Part shown: positions 1 through 9,980 of the stretch, in pieces
How the letters are laid out: every line of letters begins with the position of its first letter
Numbering within the stretch: the stretch's first letter is position 1
Source: Rhodothermales bacterium
GTDB lineage: Bacteria; Bacteroidota; Rhodothermia; Rhodothermales; DASSAV01
Direction of reading: 5' to 3'
Length of the DNA stretch: 64,000 bases
Assembly: GCA_041690215.1 (NCBI GenBank)
Contig: JAWLHQ010000003.1
Span: forward strand, 193,792-257,791
Notes under the pieces: generated by a model
Told to the model about the DNA's origin: nothing
What the model saw: only the letters and a program-made list of their open reading frames with translations
The model's database searches: none
Position numbers and translations under genes: made by a program

Positions 1-2
1 CT

Positions 3-74
3 CCAGGCGTACCGCCAGGGTCCTACCAGCTATCGGTCGAAGTGAATGCACAGGTCGTGGTGGTGGTGCCCTGA
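3..74 (+). CDS. possible 3' end of an upstream CDS (PGVPPGSYQLSVEVNAQVVVVVP*)
   Basis: Open frame from the window edge to TGA at 72-74; the PGSY + beta-strand pattern resembles the tail of an Ig-like domain; too short to verify. Confidence 0.3.
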   Translation, partial: PGVPPGSYQLSVEVNAQVVVVVP

Positions 75-220
75 CCAGCTGCGGTCCGCCATCCGGGGAT
101 TGATCTTCATGATCTGTAGCGGAAATTGGAACTTATTTTGATACAAATGCTTGATGCGTTCCGATCCTCTATCGTAAACAGTGACCTGACAAGTTGACCT
201 AAACGACAAGACAAAAGACC

Positions 221-481
221 ATGCCGACCTATGTTTATCGCCGCGAGGACGGCACGACGTTCGAAATACAGCAGCGTATTACGGAAGCGCCGCTGGAAGT
301 GGATCCGGAAACCGGCCAGAAAGTCACACGCGTCATTAGCGGTGCCGGCCTGATCTTCAAGGGTGATGGCTTTTACCTGACAGACTACGCCCGGAAATCG
401 AACGGCAACGAAAGCAAGAGCAATTCAACGGATTCCAGCAGCTCGACCGAGACCAAATCGGAGACGAAGAACGCGGCTTAG
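221..481 (+). CDS. FmdB-family zinc-ribbon-like small protein (cysteine-less variant)
   Basis: MPTYxY...FE..Q......DPETG....R..SG.GLIFKGDGFYLTDY matches the FmdB consensus; S/T/K-rich tail. Confidence 0.85.
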   Translation: MPTYVYRREDGTTFEIQQRITEAPLEVDPETGQKVTRVISGAGLIFKGDGFYLTDYARKSNGNESKSNSTDSSSSTETKSETKNAA

Positions 482-508
482 ACAGCCCGAACTTGCTACT
501 AAGATTCG

Positions 509-548
509 ATGCACCGGCGTTACGACACGCCGGTGCATTTTTCTTTTT
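509..548 (+). terminator. Rho-independent terminator (possibly bidirectional with tpiA)
   Basis: Perfect 12-bp stem ATGCACCGGCGT/ACGCCGGTGCAT, 6-nt loop, followed by a T-tract. Confidence 0.85.
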
Positions 549-622
549 GCTTGCTCCATCTAAGCCAGGCGGAGCGCCTCGATACGATATACTCCCGCCT
601 GATACCAGGCCCCGCTACGGAT

Positions 623-1387
623 TTACTTCGCCGCTTCGACGGCAGAACGAACGATGGAGAGGAAATCCGCGGCCTTGAGGCTGGCGCCGCCGATGAGGCC
701 GCCGTTGACGTCAGGCTGCGCGAGGAGCTCCGGAGCATTGGACGGTTTCATGCTGCCACCGTAGAGAATGCGAACCTCGGAGGCAACGTCACTGCCGAAC
801 TGGTCTTGCAGGAGTTCACGGATGAACGCGTGCATCTCCTGTGCCTGCTCCGATGTAGCCGTCCGCCCCGTCCCGATAGCCCAGACGGGTTCATAGGCAA
901 TGACGAACTGGTCGGCGGATGTACTGCCGATTCCTTCCAATCCACGCCGGACCTGCTCTTCCACGACCTGCCGTTCCTTGCCCGTCTCTCGCTGCTCCAG
1001 CGTTTCGCCGACACAGACGATAGGCACCAGACTGTGCGCGATGGCCTGCTTTGCCTTTTTATTTACTCCTTCGTCCGTCTCTCCGAAGTACTGGCGGCGT
1101 TCCGAGTGACCGAGGATGACATACCGGCAGCCGACGGAGCGAAGCATCGATGCCGACACCTCACCCGTATAAGCTCCCTCCTCTTCGTAAAACATGTTCT
1201 GCGCGCCGAGGCGAACGCCCTTATCGTCCAGAACTCTCCCGACCGCATCAAGCGCTATAAACGGAGGGCAGACGGCTACATCAACACGACCGGTTTCAGG
1301 GAGACCTTCGACAACTTGCCGGGCGAGGTCGACCGCTCCGGCGAGGTCGGTGTTCATCTTCCAGTTTCCGGCGATCAGCATGTCCAT
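623..1387 (-). CDS. tpiA: triosephosphate isomerase
   Basis: AGNWKMN, GAYTGEVS, LGHSERR, AYEPVWAIGTG, YGGS and GGASL motifs. Confidence 0.98.
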   Translation of the reverse strand: MDMLIAGNWKMNTDLAGAVDLARQVVEGLPETGRVDVAVCPPFIALDAVGRVLDDKGVRLGAQNMFYEEEGAYTGEVSASMLRSVGCRYVILGHSERRQYFGETDEGVNKKAKQAIAHSLVPIVCVGETLEQRETGKERQVVEEQVRRGLEGIGSTSADQFVIAYEPVWAIGTGRTATSEQAQEMHAFIRELLQDQFGSDVASEVRILYGGSMKPSNAPELLAQPDVNGGLIGGASLKAADFLSIVRSAVEAAK

Positions 1388-1599
1388 TTGAGCGTGAAGA
1401 CTAGGATGAGAGGGAAACGAGAGCCCATGAAACTAGGAATCGAAGAGGCTGCGAAGAGACATGCCCGGGCGATTCTTCAATTCTTCGATCCGGCAACGCG
1501 TACCGGGCGGAACGCAACATCACTCCGGGAACGTTGCCGAGTAGGCATGAGGCACGCCCTACCCCACGGGCACCCTCGAATGCGCTCACCAGGACCGGG

Positions 1600-2985
1600 C
1601 TATCCCCGCTGCTCCTCGCTCGCGAACAGTGCAGAGATCTCCTGGATGATGGCACGCAAATAGGGGCCTTCGTAGTTGCTTACGATATTACCCTGCCGAT
1701 CGATGAGAATGCGTTTGGGCAATGCACGAACGTTATACCAGCTCGCAACCCTGCTCTGGAGACCGCCCGGAGCCACTGCGAGCGTTCCGGGAAAATCGAC
1801 GTTCTCGAGGAAGGCCTGGTTGATGCGCGGATCGCCTTCAAGCGAAATGGAAATAATCTCGAAGTCCTGATCCTCGGCGGCATTGACGAGCGCACTCCTG
1901 AGCGGAATTTCTTCCAGGAATTCGCGCTGCTGCGGCGCATAGAACTCGACGAGGACATACTTGCCGCGAAGGCTATCGAGCGAGACGGTCTCCCCCTGGA
2001 TCGTCATTACCGTGAATGAAGGAGCCTTCATGCCCGGCATGAGATGTTCGGCATCGTAGATGATGCGGCTTGCCCAGGTCGCCCACTCCGACTTCGGATA
2101 TGCCTGCGTGAGGATGCGTGCATACTGCAACGTTTGCTCCGGGAGGCCGGCATCCATGTAGGTCACGACCCGCTCCGCATCGAGGGCAGCACGCTGCTCG
2201 TCTGTCGCGGCTTTGCCTTTGAACTCATCCAGAATGTCCAGACTGCCATTCAGACCGCGCAGACGGCCTTGCGCACGGCGTGCGGCACGAGCCACTTCAA
2301 CATAGTTCGGATTCTCGGGTGATATCATGCGGGCGCGATCCAGCAGGAGGCGGTCATCGACCCCTTCCAGCATCACGACCGATTCGGCCATGGCCAATTC
2401 ACCTGCGAGCGTGTTCGGATACACCTCGCGCATACCCCAGAGCGTCGATACCGTGCGGCCTACGCTATGCTCCAGCTCCTGCGTATTCTGATTCCCGGCA
2501 TTCACGAGTTCAGCAATGGAGCGTTCATATTGAATACGGGTATTCATGTAAGCGATGAGCGCCGCATTCTCTCGCGAACGAATGATGAGCGGGCGATTCC
2601 CCATCGGGAATTTTGCCTTGAAGGTAGCTGTATCCTCATGCGCTACAACGATGTCGGCAAGCGTGAGAAGGCTATCGCTGCGTGTGATGGCGAGCGTATA
2701 GATGCCCCGTTCCGGAGCATCCACGGCCATGCTGAAAGCACCCTGTTTATCCGTACTCGCAAAACCCAGTGTGTCTACCAGCCCGCCACTCGTCGTGCGG
2801 AACACGAGCACTTCATAAGGGCTGTTACCGAATATGGAATCGACCCGAGCATCTCCGGTGATCTCGCCGGTTACAACCGTCTGGACACCGGACTTTATTG
2901 CATCTTTCCCGGTACAGGCAGCCACGGCAAGGGTCAGGACAGCCAGCAGAACGAGGGAAAATCTGCCACGAACGAGGTGCAGCAT
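1600..2985 (-). CDS. lipoprotein with C-terminal TlpA/redoxin-like thioredoxin fold lacking CxxC
   Basis: Lipobox LAVAAC; PGMKAPSF...SLDSLRGKYVLVEFYA and YNVRALP..ILIDRQG; start re-chosen at ATG 2985. Confidence 0.75.
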   Translation of the reverse strand: MLHLVRGRFSLVLLAVLTLAVAACTGKDAIKSGVQTVVTGEITGDARVDSIFGNSPYEVLVFRTTSGGLVDTLGFASTDKQGAFSMAVDAPERGIYTLAITRSDSLLTLADIVVAHEDTATFKAKFPMGNRPLIIRSRENAALIAYMNTRIQYERSIAELVNAGNQNTQELEHSVGRTVSTLWGMREVYPNTLAGELAMAESVVMLEGVDDRLLLDRARMISPENPNYVEVARAARRAQGRLRGLNGSLDILDEFKGKAATDEQRAALDAERVVTYMDAGLPEQTLQYARILTQAYPKSEWATWASRIIYDAEHLMPGMKAPSFTVMTIQGETVSLDSLRGKYVLVEFYAPQQREFLEEIPLRSALVNAAEDQDFEIISISLEGDPRINQAFLENVDFPGTLAVAPGGLQSRVASWYNVRALPKRILIDRQGNIVSNYEGPYLRAIIQEISALFASEEQRG

Positions 2986-3191
2986 CTTGGCTAGGATTAC
3001 TAATGAGGAGGCGACCGCCGACAACTGATTCCGGATCTTAGAGTCGGGGCACGTTCTGGATCATCTGGAACCGATGCGTGCGGAGTAATGCATCAGAATC
3101 ATTACTCCCTCTCTGCGGAGCTATGAGGTATGAACGAACCCTCCTCGCAGAGAGGACACAACACAATCACATATATTACAACAATATACGC

Positions 3192-4691
3192 CTAAACACG
3201 CTGCGCTTCCAGTGCTTCCAAGAGTATCTTGCGGACCAGTTTGGGATCAGGAGACCCGGGGAATGTGCGCATGACCTGTCCGACGAAAAAGCCGATCAAA
3301 GCCTGCTTGCCGCCCAGGAAACTCTTGACCTCTTTGGGATTGGCTTTGATGACGTCATCCACGACGGCACGGATAGCACTCTCATCGGATACCTGCAGCA
3401 GATTACGGCGCGTGGCGATCTCCTCGGGAGCGGCTGCATCCTCCAGCATCGCATTGAAAATCTCCGCGGCGCCGGTTGAACTGACCTTATCCTCCAGACG
3501 CATGGCGATGAGCCCGGCCATGCGTTCAGGTTGAATGGGAAACTGACTGAGGTCGATGGCCTGCTCTTTCAGGACGCGCAGCACATCCGTCATGATGTAG
3601 TTTGATACAGCTTTGGCACGTGCGCGGTCGTCCGCCCCTGCCCCACGTTCCTTCAAGGCAGAGAAAGTCATGTCGAAGTAGTCCGCTGTGGCGCGATCTT
3701 CCGTCAGGATGGTGGCGTCGTACGCCGGCAGGCCAAGTTCCCCGATCAGACGTTCTCGCCGTTGCTCCGGCATTTCGGGCAGGGAAGCGCGAACCCGGTT
3801 CATCAGCTGCTCATCTACGACGACCTGCGCCAGATCCGGGTCGGGGAAATAGCGGTAGTCGTGCGCCTGCTCTTTCGTACGCATCGGCCGCGTTTCCATC
3901 CGGTTGGCATCCCAGAGGAGCGTCTGTTGTACGATGCGGCCACCGCTCTCCAGCACCGCTATCTGCCGTGCGATCTCATATTCGAGCGCACGCTCGACGT
4001 TACGGAAGCTGTTCATGTTCTTCACTTCTGTCTTGGTGCCGAACTTTTGCTCTCCCCGGAGCCGTACGGAAACGTTGGCGTCACACCGCAATGAGCCCTC
4101 TTCCATGTTGCCGTCACATACCCCCAGGTACCGTACGATCTGCCGGATCTTCTGGAGATAGAGATAGGCCTCACGGGGCGAGCGAATATCAGGCTCCGAG
4201 ACAATCTCGATGAGGGGCACCCCGCACCGGTTAAAGTCGAGCAGGGAATCATACGGGTCCTGATCGTGAATGGACTTGCCCGCATCCTCCTCCATGTGAA
4301 TACGGGTGATGCCGATGCGCCGCACCTGACCGGCCTGCCCATCACCTTCGCCATCCAACACGATTTCCACATACCCTCCATGGCAGATGGGATCCTCGTA
4401 CTGGGAAATCTGATATCCTTTAGGAAGGTCCGGATAGAAATAATGCTTGCGTGCGAAGACAGAGCGTGGTGTGATCTGGCAGTGCGTCGCGATACCGACC
4501 CGCAGCGTATACTCCACGACGTGTTCGTTCAGCACCGGTAGCGTACCGGGGTGACCGAGACTGATGGGATCGACATGTATGTTCGGATCCGCGCCGAACG
4601 CGGCGGACTCGGGACTAAAGGCTTTCGAACTCGTAAGGAGCTGGCAGTGGACCTCCAGACCGATGACGGGTTCGTACTTTTCGTGCAACAT
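3192..4691 (-). CDS. gatB: Asp-tRNA(Asn)/Glu-tRNA(Gln) amidotransferase subunit B
   Basis: IGLEVHCQL, YFYPDLPKGYQISQ, HMEEDAGK, LRCDANVS, EVKNMNS, YRYFPDPDL; start chosen at MLHEKYE. Confidence 0.97.
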   Translation of the reverse strand: MLHEKYEPVIGLEVHCQLLTSSKAFSPESAAFGADPNIHVDPISLGHPGTLPVLNEHVVEYTLRVGIATHCQITPRSVFARKHYFYPDLPKGYQISQYEDPICHGGYVEIVLDGEGDGQAGQVRRIGITRIHMEEDAGKSIHDQDPYDSLLDFNRCGVPLIEIVSEPDIRSPREAYLYLQKIRQIVRYLGVCDGNMEEGSLRCDANVSVRLRGEQKFGTKTEVKNMNSFRNVERALEYEIARQIAVLESGGRIVQQTLLWDANRMETRPMRTKEQAHDYRYFPDPDLAQVVVDEQLMNRVRASLPEMPEQRRERLIGELGLPAYDATILTEDRATADYFDMTFSALKERGAGADDRARAKAVSNYIMTDVLRVLKEQAIDLSQFPIQPERMAGLIAMRLEDKVSSTGAAEIFNAMLEDAAAPEEIATRRNLLQVSDESAIRAVVDDVIKANPKEVKSFLGGKQALIGFFVGQVMRTFPGSPDPKLVRKILLEALEAQRV

Positions 4692-4809
4692 CGAGACGCT
4701 TACTTGAGAGTTCCTGCCCCGAGGCCGTTTCACATCGGCGTCCCGGGAAACCATCGGCTGCGAGAGCACTCACCCTCACGAACCGTTTGAGAATCTGAAA
4801 TTACAGACA

Positions 4810-5268
4810 ATGCCTGCAAAAGTTCGGCTTTTTTCCTCCTCCCTGGTCTGGCTGAGTCTTGCTATGGCGATCACACTGACCGCAGGGTGCAGAAGCAGAT
4901 CAGCCAATGAAACCGAAGACGGGGAAGAACAGAACATCGTATCCAGCCGGTTCGGCGATCCGTACCAGATCGTGACCAATTTCGCTCCTGCCGACCCAGA
5001 CTTCATGCCGCAACTCGTCGAAGATACGCTCGTCGCGAAGATCACGTATAGCGGAGGATGCAAAGACCACGATTTCGAGCTCCGAGACGAGGTTGCACAG
5101 GATACGGCCAAGCTATGGTTGCGGCATAGAGCCCACGGAGATGATTGCGAAGCACTCGTACAGGACGAGATACGGGCAAAGGTGCCGGACGAAGCGATGA
5201 GAGCACCCGTGATCGTACTCCTCCCTCCCGAGGGAGGCCCCCCTATCATCGTAAAATGGCGAGACTGA
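4810..5268 (+). CDS. hypothetical lipoprotein (YSGGC...HDF...CEA motif)
   Basis: Signal peptide with lipobox LTAGC; two Cys that could form a disulfide. Confidence 0.7.
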   Translation: MPAKVRLFSSSLVWLSLAMAITLTAGCRSRSANETEDGEEQNIVSSRFGDPYQIVTNFAPADPDFMPQLVEDTLVAKITYSGGCKDHDFELRDEVAQDTAKLWLRHRAHGDDCEALVQDEIRAKVPDEAMRAPVIVLLPPEGGPPIIVKWRD

Positions 5269-5359
5269 GCATGCGAGCCCGCGTTGCAATGTGTACAGGA
5301 GCCGGCGGGTCCGATTTTCAAATGTCATCAGCCCGCAGGCTCCTGTACTCAACCCGTTC

Positions 5360-5872
5360 CTACTTCTTGGCGGCCGATTGCTCCGTGCTCGAATCAGCCA
5401 GGCCGAACTTCCTCAAAATCTCACCGGCGTGATCTTCCACGTTGGGGCGTTTGAAGACGTGCACGATCCGGCCTTCCTCATCGATGAGGAACGTGGTGCG
5501 CTTGATTCCCATGAACTTATTCCCGTACAGGTTGCGCTCCCCCCACACACCGTACTCATTCACGATGTGCTTGTCGGTGTCTGCCAGCAGCGGAAACGGA
5601 AGCGAATATTTATCGGCGAATGCTTTGTGGGACTCCTCGTCGTCTGCAGAAACCCCGATCACGGCGATGTCTTTGCTGAGCAACAGACTGTAGTTGTCTC
5701 TCAGGTTGCACCCCTGTTTCGTGCAGCCCGGGGTATCGTCCTTGGGGTAGAAGTAGAGCGCAACCTTGCGGCCCCGATAGTCGGAAAGGCGGACGGTGCT
5801 GCCGTCCTGTGTCCGACCTTCAAAGTCCGGCGCCAGTTGCCCTTTCTCAGGCATGGTCACTGTTTCGGCCAT
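5360..5872 (-). CDS. bcp: thioredoxin-dependent peroxiredoxin (BCP/PrxQ)
   Basis: LYFYPKDDTPGCTKQGC (peroxidatic and resolving Cys), GVSAD, RTTFLIDEEG; start chosen at MAETV. Confidence 0.93.
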   Translation of the reverse strand: MAETVTMPEKGQLAPDFEGRTQDGSTVRLSDYRGRKVALYFYPKDDTPGCTKQGCNLRDNYSLLLSKDIAVIGVSADDEESHKAFADKYSLPFPLLADTDKHIVNEYGVWGERNLYGNKFMGIKRTTFLIDEEGRIVHVFKRPNVEDHAGEILRKFGLADSSTEQSAAKK

Positions 5873-6005
5873 GGTTCGTTCGTATTCTCTCGGTAGGTGG
5901 TGATAACGGATGCGCTGACCCGGCATGGAGACACTGCGCCACCAGGCAGTCCAGACGCACCTAAGATGATACGTACACTGAAACAGGCTGTTCTGGTAAT
6001 AAACG

Positions 6006-7214
6006 ATGCGCATTACGCTCCGACGTAAACAAGAGAAGGCTCTCCGCAGAGGATATCCCTGGGTTTTTTCGAATCAGATCGAGGATGTCACCGGCAATCC
6101 GGCCAGCGGCGACGTGGTTGAGATCGCCGATGCCGGCGGTACGGTTTACGGCCTCGGACTCTACCACAGCGAGTCGCTCATCGCGGTGCGGTTTCTCACC
6201 CGCGACCTCGATGCGACGATTGACGGCGCCTTCTTCGAGGCCCGCCTCCGGCGTGCCCTGGCCCACCGTGAGACGGCGTTTCAGGGCATCGACCATTACC
6301 GGCTGGTCTACAGCGAAAGCGATGGCCTACCGGGCACCATCATCGACCGGTACGGGGATGTACTGACGTGGTCTACGTTGAGCTACGGTATGGAGCAACG
6401 GCGCGAGCTCATCCTCGACGCACTGGAAGCGATGTTGAAACCGGGCGCTATCATCGAGCGCAACGACAATCCGCTTCGCGCGAAAGATGGACTACCGGAA
6501 GCACGAGGCGTACTGCGCGGCACCTATCGGGGCCCGGTACGGATCGAGGAGCACGGGCTGACCTTCGAAGTCGATCCGCTGAACGGCCCGAAGACAGGCT
6601 ACTTCATGGACCAGCGGCACCATCGCGCGCTGATGCGGCGTTTCGCCGCAGGACGGCGGGTACTCGACGTGTTCTGTGCAGATGGAGGTTTCGGACTGCA
6701 CGCCGCAGCAGGAGGCGCGGCCTCTGTCCACATGATGGATATCTCCGGATACGCGCTGGATCGTGTGCTGGAGAATGCGGAACGGAACGACCTGCGTGAC
6801 CGGATTACCGTAGAGCAGGCCGATGCACTGGACCGGCTCGGTGAGATGGCCGACGAAAGGCGGAAGTACGACCTCGTCATTCTAGATCCTCCGGCCTTCG
6901 CCAAGAGCCGGCGGCACAAAGAGTTCGCCACGAAAGCGTACCAGCGCATCAACATCAACGCCTTCCAGATGCTGCCGCCCGGTGGCATCCTGGCAACCGC
7001 CTCCTGCTCTCAGGCGATAAACGAGGATGATTTCCTGAAGATCGTCCTCTACGCGGCTCGAAAGACGGGTTCACCGATCCGGCAACTCTACCGGGGCACG
7101 CAGCCGCCGGACCACCCTATCCTGGAGTCGATGCCGGAAACACACTATCTCAAGTTCTATGTATTCCAGAAACTGGGTGACGAACTCCCGTCCGGTGAAG
7201 GAACCGTAGCCTGA
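6006..7214 (+). CDS. RlmI/YccW-family class I SAM-dependent rRNA m5C methyltransferase
   Basis: N-terminal PUA-like GYPWVFSN, SESDGLPG, KTGYFMDQR, VLDVFC..GGFG, ILDPPAF, ASCS. Confidence 0.9.
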   Translation: MRITLRRKQEKALRRGYPWVFSNQIEDVTGNPASGDVVEIADAGGTVYGLGLYHSESLIAVRFLTRDLDATIDGAFFEARLRRALAHRETAFQGIDHYRLVYSESDGLPGTIIDRYGDVLTWSTLSYGMEQRRELILDALEAMLKPGAIIERNDNPLRAKDGLPEARGVLRGTYRGPVRIEEHGLTFEVDPLNGPKTGYFMDQRHHRALMRRFAAGRRVLDVFCADGGFGLHAAAGGAASVHMMDISGYALDRVLENAERNDLRDRITVEQADALDRLGEMADERRKYDLVILDPPAFAKSRRHKEFATKAYQRININAFQMLPPGGILATASCSQAINEDDFLKIVLYAARKTGSPIRQLYRGTQPPDHPILESMPETHYLKFYVFQKLGDELPSGEGTVA

Positions 7215-7539
7215 CGCGGTACACCGGCCGCCAGCTTGTAATTCGGTGTTGCTCCTTCCCGTCACGTGATGACGAGTTCCTGGCGCTGAAGCCCATCACG
7301 AGTAACCGGCCCAGAGGAGGATGCGGGCAGCAGGCTCCAGGGCTGCGCCCTTTCCAATGCACCTGTGCTACCCGCAAAGCCACGAAACAAGGCATCCCAG
7401 GCATTTCCGTCAACGTAGGGCCGGTGCATGTTTCAACATCTGCGCAACCTCGTCGCAGGTCGTGGACAACTTGCGGATGCAAAACCATGTACACCGACCT
7501 CAGTGACGGCCGCCTTACAAAAAATTACAGGCAAAAACA

Positions 7540-7950
7540 ATGACAAAATGCATGCCCTCCACTGTGCTGGCGCTTCTGGTCGTGACGGGCCTTACGGGAT
7601 GCGCTAGTATGAAAAACCTCGACTGGCCTCCCGACGTGCAGGACACGAATGCGCTCATGTCCTATTTCGACCACCGGAACGTGGGCTTCATGTATGAAGG
7701 CCCCTCCGTAGCTCCTCGATTCTCCGTTCCAGCGAAGCAATTCACCGTAGGCAACGGCGCTACGATGCAGGTATTCGAATATGCGAATGACGGTGCTTTA
7801 CTGCTGGACGTAACGTCACTGGACGACTTCATGAACGGCCATAATGCGCCCCATCTGTATCGTGGCACCCACATCATCGTGGTCTATTATGGCAATGATA
7901 TCGGTGTGATGAACGCGCTTTCCGACGTGCTTGGCTCGCCCGTCGCATGA
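7540..7950 (+). CDS. hypothetical lipoprotein
   Basis: Signal peptide with lipobox LTGC; A-rich upstream region; downstream hairpin. Confidence 0.7.
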   Translation: MTKCMPSTVLALLVVTGLTGCASMKNLDWPPDVQDTNALMSYFDHRNVGFMYEGPSVAPRFSVPAKQFTVGNGATMQVFEYANDGALLLDVTSLDDFMNGHNAPHLYRGTHIIVVYYGNDIGVMNALSDVLGSPVA

Positions 7951-7971
7951 TACACCGACGAGTGAAGCACG

Positions 7972-8016
7972 GGGGCTGAGCTGGGCGGCATGTCGATCCC
8001 ACCTCAGCCCCTTTCT
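7972..8016 (+). terminator. hairpin terminator between convergent genes
   Basis: GGGGCTGAG...CTCAGCCCC stem followed by TTTCT; overlaps the rsmB stop. Confidence 0.55.
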
Positions 8017-9338
8017 CGTTTGCGGAGACGCGCTCCGAATGCGCCGTCAGTCTGGTCCCGTGGCGGGAAGGTTCGGTAGTATCCTTCCGGTGTGACCATC
8101 GCTTCGGGGACGTACCCCTTCGCAGATTCCACCGAAAAATCGGGGTGGCGATTCAGAAAGGCCACGACACGCTCCTCGTTTTCCTCCGGCTCGATCGTAC
8201 AGGTGCTGTACACGAGGAGACCGCCCGAACGAACGGCCTGCGCCGCCGCGTCGAGAAGCTCGTCCTGTAACTGCGTAAGCTCCCGGACCTCTTCGGGCGA
8301 ACGGTTCCAGCGCAGATCAGCGCGCTTGGAGAGCACACCAAGCCCCGAGCAGGGAGCGTCCAGCAGCACCCGGTCGGCCTGAAAATCCTCCTGCGGGGCC
8401 ATCTCCCTGAAATCGCCTGCACGCGTCTCAATAATGGGGATGCCCTGATCCCGGGCACTTTGTTCTACCAGACGTAAGCGGCCTTCGTGCACGTCGCAGG
8501 CGATGATCCTGCCGGTATTCTGCATGCGCTGCGCCGCGTGGGTCGCCTTGCCTCCCGGCGCGGCGCACGCATCCACGATCGTCTCGCCGGGCTGCGGATC
8601 GAGAAGCGCGACGACCAATCCCGCGCTCTCATCCTGTACTGCACAATACCCTTCCGCCAGCAGTCCGGCCCGGACGAGCCCCTGGAGCTTCGGTACGCGT
8701 ACGAAATAGTCCAGGTACGGGGACGGCATGAAGGCGATGCCACGTTCATTCAACACCTGTTGGAAGTCCTGGACGGCGTTCTTCAGCGTATTGATACGGA
8801 CGCCGTACACCGGACGGCTGTTGTTCCACGCCAGCAAGGCGATCGTTGCATCCCGACCGTAGCGGTCCAGCCACCGCTCCACCATCCAGGTCGGATGCGA
8901 ATAGCGAATGGCCAGATCCTCAGCGACGCGCCCGGTATGCGGTTCCGGCAAGTCCTCCTTCCGGCGCAGCAGGTTGCGCAGGACGCCGTTCACTAATCCG
9001 CCTGCCCCCTGGCGAACGCGCTTCTTCGCCAGTTCAACCGCCTCGTTCAACGCCGCGTGAGGTGGCGTCGCGAGAAAGAGGAGATCGTACAGACCGATTC
9101 GAAGCACCTGCCGCAGCGAAGGCTCCATGGTCTCGTAATCGCCTCGATATGCCGAGGCGAGGAGAAAATCCAGCCATCGCCGCCAGCGTGTGACACCGGC
9201 GATGTACTCCAGCGCCTGCCGCTCTTCGCGCGGGTCCATCTCCAGGAGGTCTTCTTCCCCGGCAAGACCGATGAAGGCTCCCTCCTGCTCGATCCGATTC
9301 AACTGGCGAAACGCGTGGCTGCGGGCAGATTCCGGCAA
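8004..9338 (-). CDS. rsmB: 16S rRNA m5C967 methyltransferase RsmB/Sun
   Basis: N-terminal NusB-like domain (P.HAALNEAVELAK, VNGVLR); VQDE, DACAAPGGK, DAPCSGLG, YSTCT. Confidence 0.93.
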   Translation of the reverse strand: MPESARSHAFRQLNRIEQEGAFIGLAGEEDLLEMDPREERQALEYIAGVTRWRRWLDFLLASAYRGDYETMEPSLRQVLRIGLYDLLFLATPPHAALNEAVELAKKRVRQGAGGLVNGVLRNLLRRKEDLPEPHTGRVAEDLAIRYSHPTWMVERWLDRYGRDATIALLAWNNSRPVYGVRINTLKNAVQDFQQVLNERGIAFMPSPYLDYFVRVPKLQGLVRAGLLAEGYCAVQDESAGLVVALLDPQPGETIVDACAAPGGKATHAAQRMQNTGRIIACDVHEGRLRLVEQSARDQGIPIIETRAGDFREMAPQEDFQADRVLLDAPCSGLGVLSKRADLRWNRSPEEVRELTQLQDELLDAAAQAVRSGGLLVYSTCTIEPEENEERVVAFLNRHPDFSVESAKGYVPEAMVTPEGYYRTFPPRDQTDGAFGARLRKRERG

Positions 9339-9450
9339 GGTAAGATGTGTCAGGTTTGAGTTTTCCGGATTGAGCGTCTGACCGCAGTCTATTGCCGGTC
9401 AGATCCTTACTTTCGGGTCATTCGACCCGTATATCGTCCCCATTCCGTCC

Positions 9451-9888
9451 ATGCAGAAGATCACATTCGAGGAGAAGATCCACACGTTCCAGATCGACTT
9501 TAACCGGCACGTGAGCAATATCGTGTACGTGCAGTGGATGGAGATCGGACGATTAAAGCTGCTGGAGGCAACCGGCCTGCCTATCCACGAGATCGACAAA
9601 GCGGGCTTCCTGCCCGTCTTGGCAGAGACGCAGATCGCGTACAAACGCCCCCTCTACATGGGCGATGTCGTACGGGTGGAGGTGTGGCTCTCCGAGCTAA
9701 CGCATGCAACCGCCTGGATGGAGTTCAGGTTCTACAACGGCAGAGATGAACTTGCGGCAACTGGAAGGCAGCGAGGCGTCTTCGTCAGGACCGACACGAA
9801 CCGTCCTCTTCGTCTGTCCCCGGAACAACGTGCCGCGTTCGAGCCTTTCCTAGATGCAACATCCGGTCCCCGACTACCGCGCTCTTGA
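9451..9888 (+). CDS. acyl-CoA thioesterase (4HBT/YbgC hotdog fold)
   Basis: IDFNRHVSNIVYVQWMEIGR, IAYKRPL..GD. Confidence 0.88.
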   Translation: MQKITFEEKIHTFQIDFNRHVSNIVYVQWMEIGRLKLLEATGLPIHEIDKAGFLPVLAETQIAYKRPLYMGDVVRVEVWLSELTHATAWMEFRFYNGRDELAATGRQRGVFVRTDTNRPLRLSPEQRAAFEPFLDATSGPRLPRS

Positions 9889-9980
9889 CTTCAGGACCCA
9901 GCACATGCGGCCCGTAGCTACCGCGGAGCATGGCCCTACTCCCACCGGAGGACGACGTACAACCGAGTTAACGAACCCCA

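Noticed and set aside
509-1663. 384-aa ORF on the + strand
   Set aside because: Antisense shadow of tpiA; no motifs; runs through a terminator
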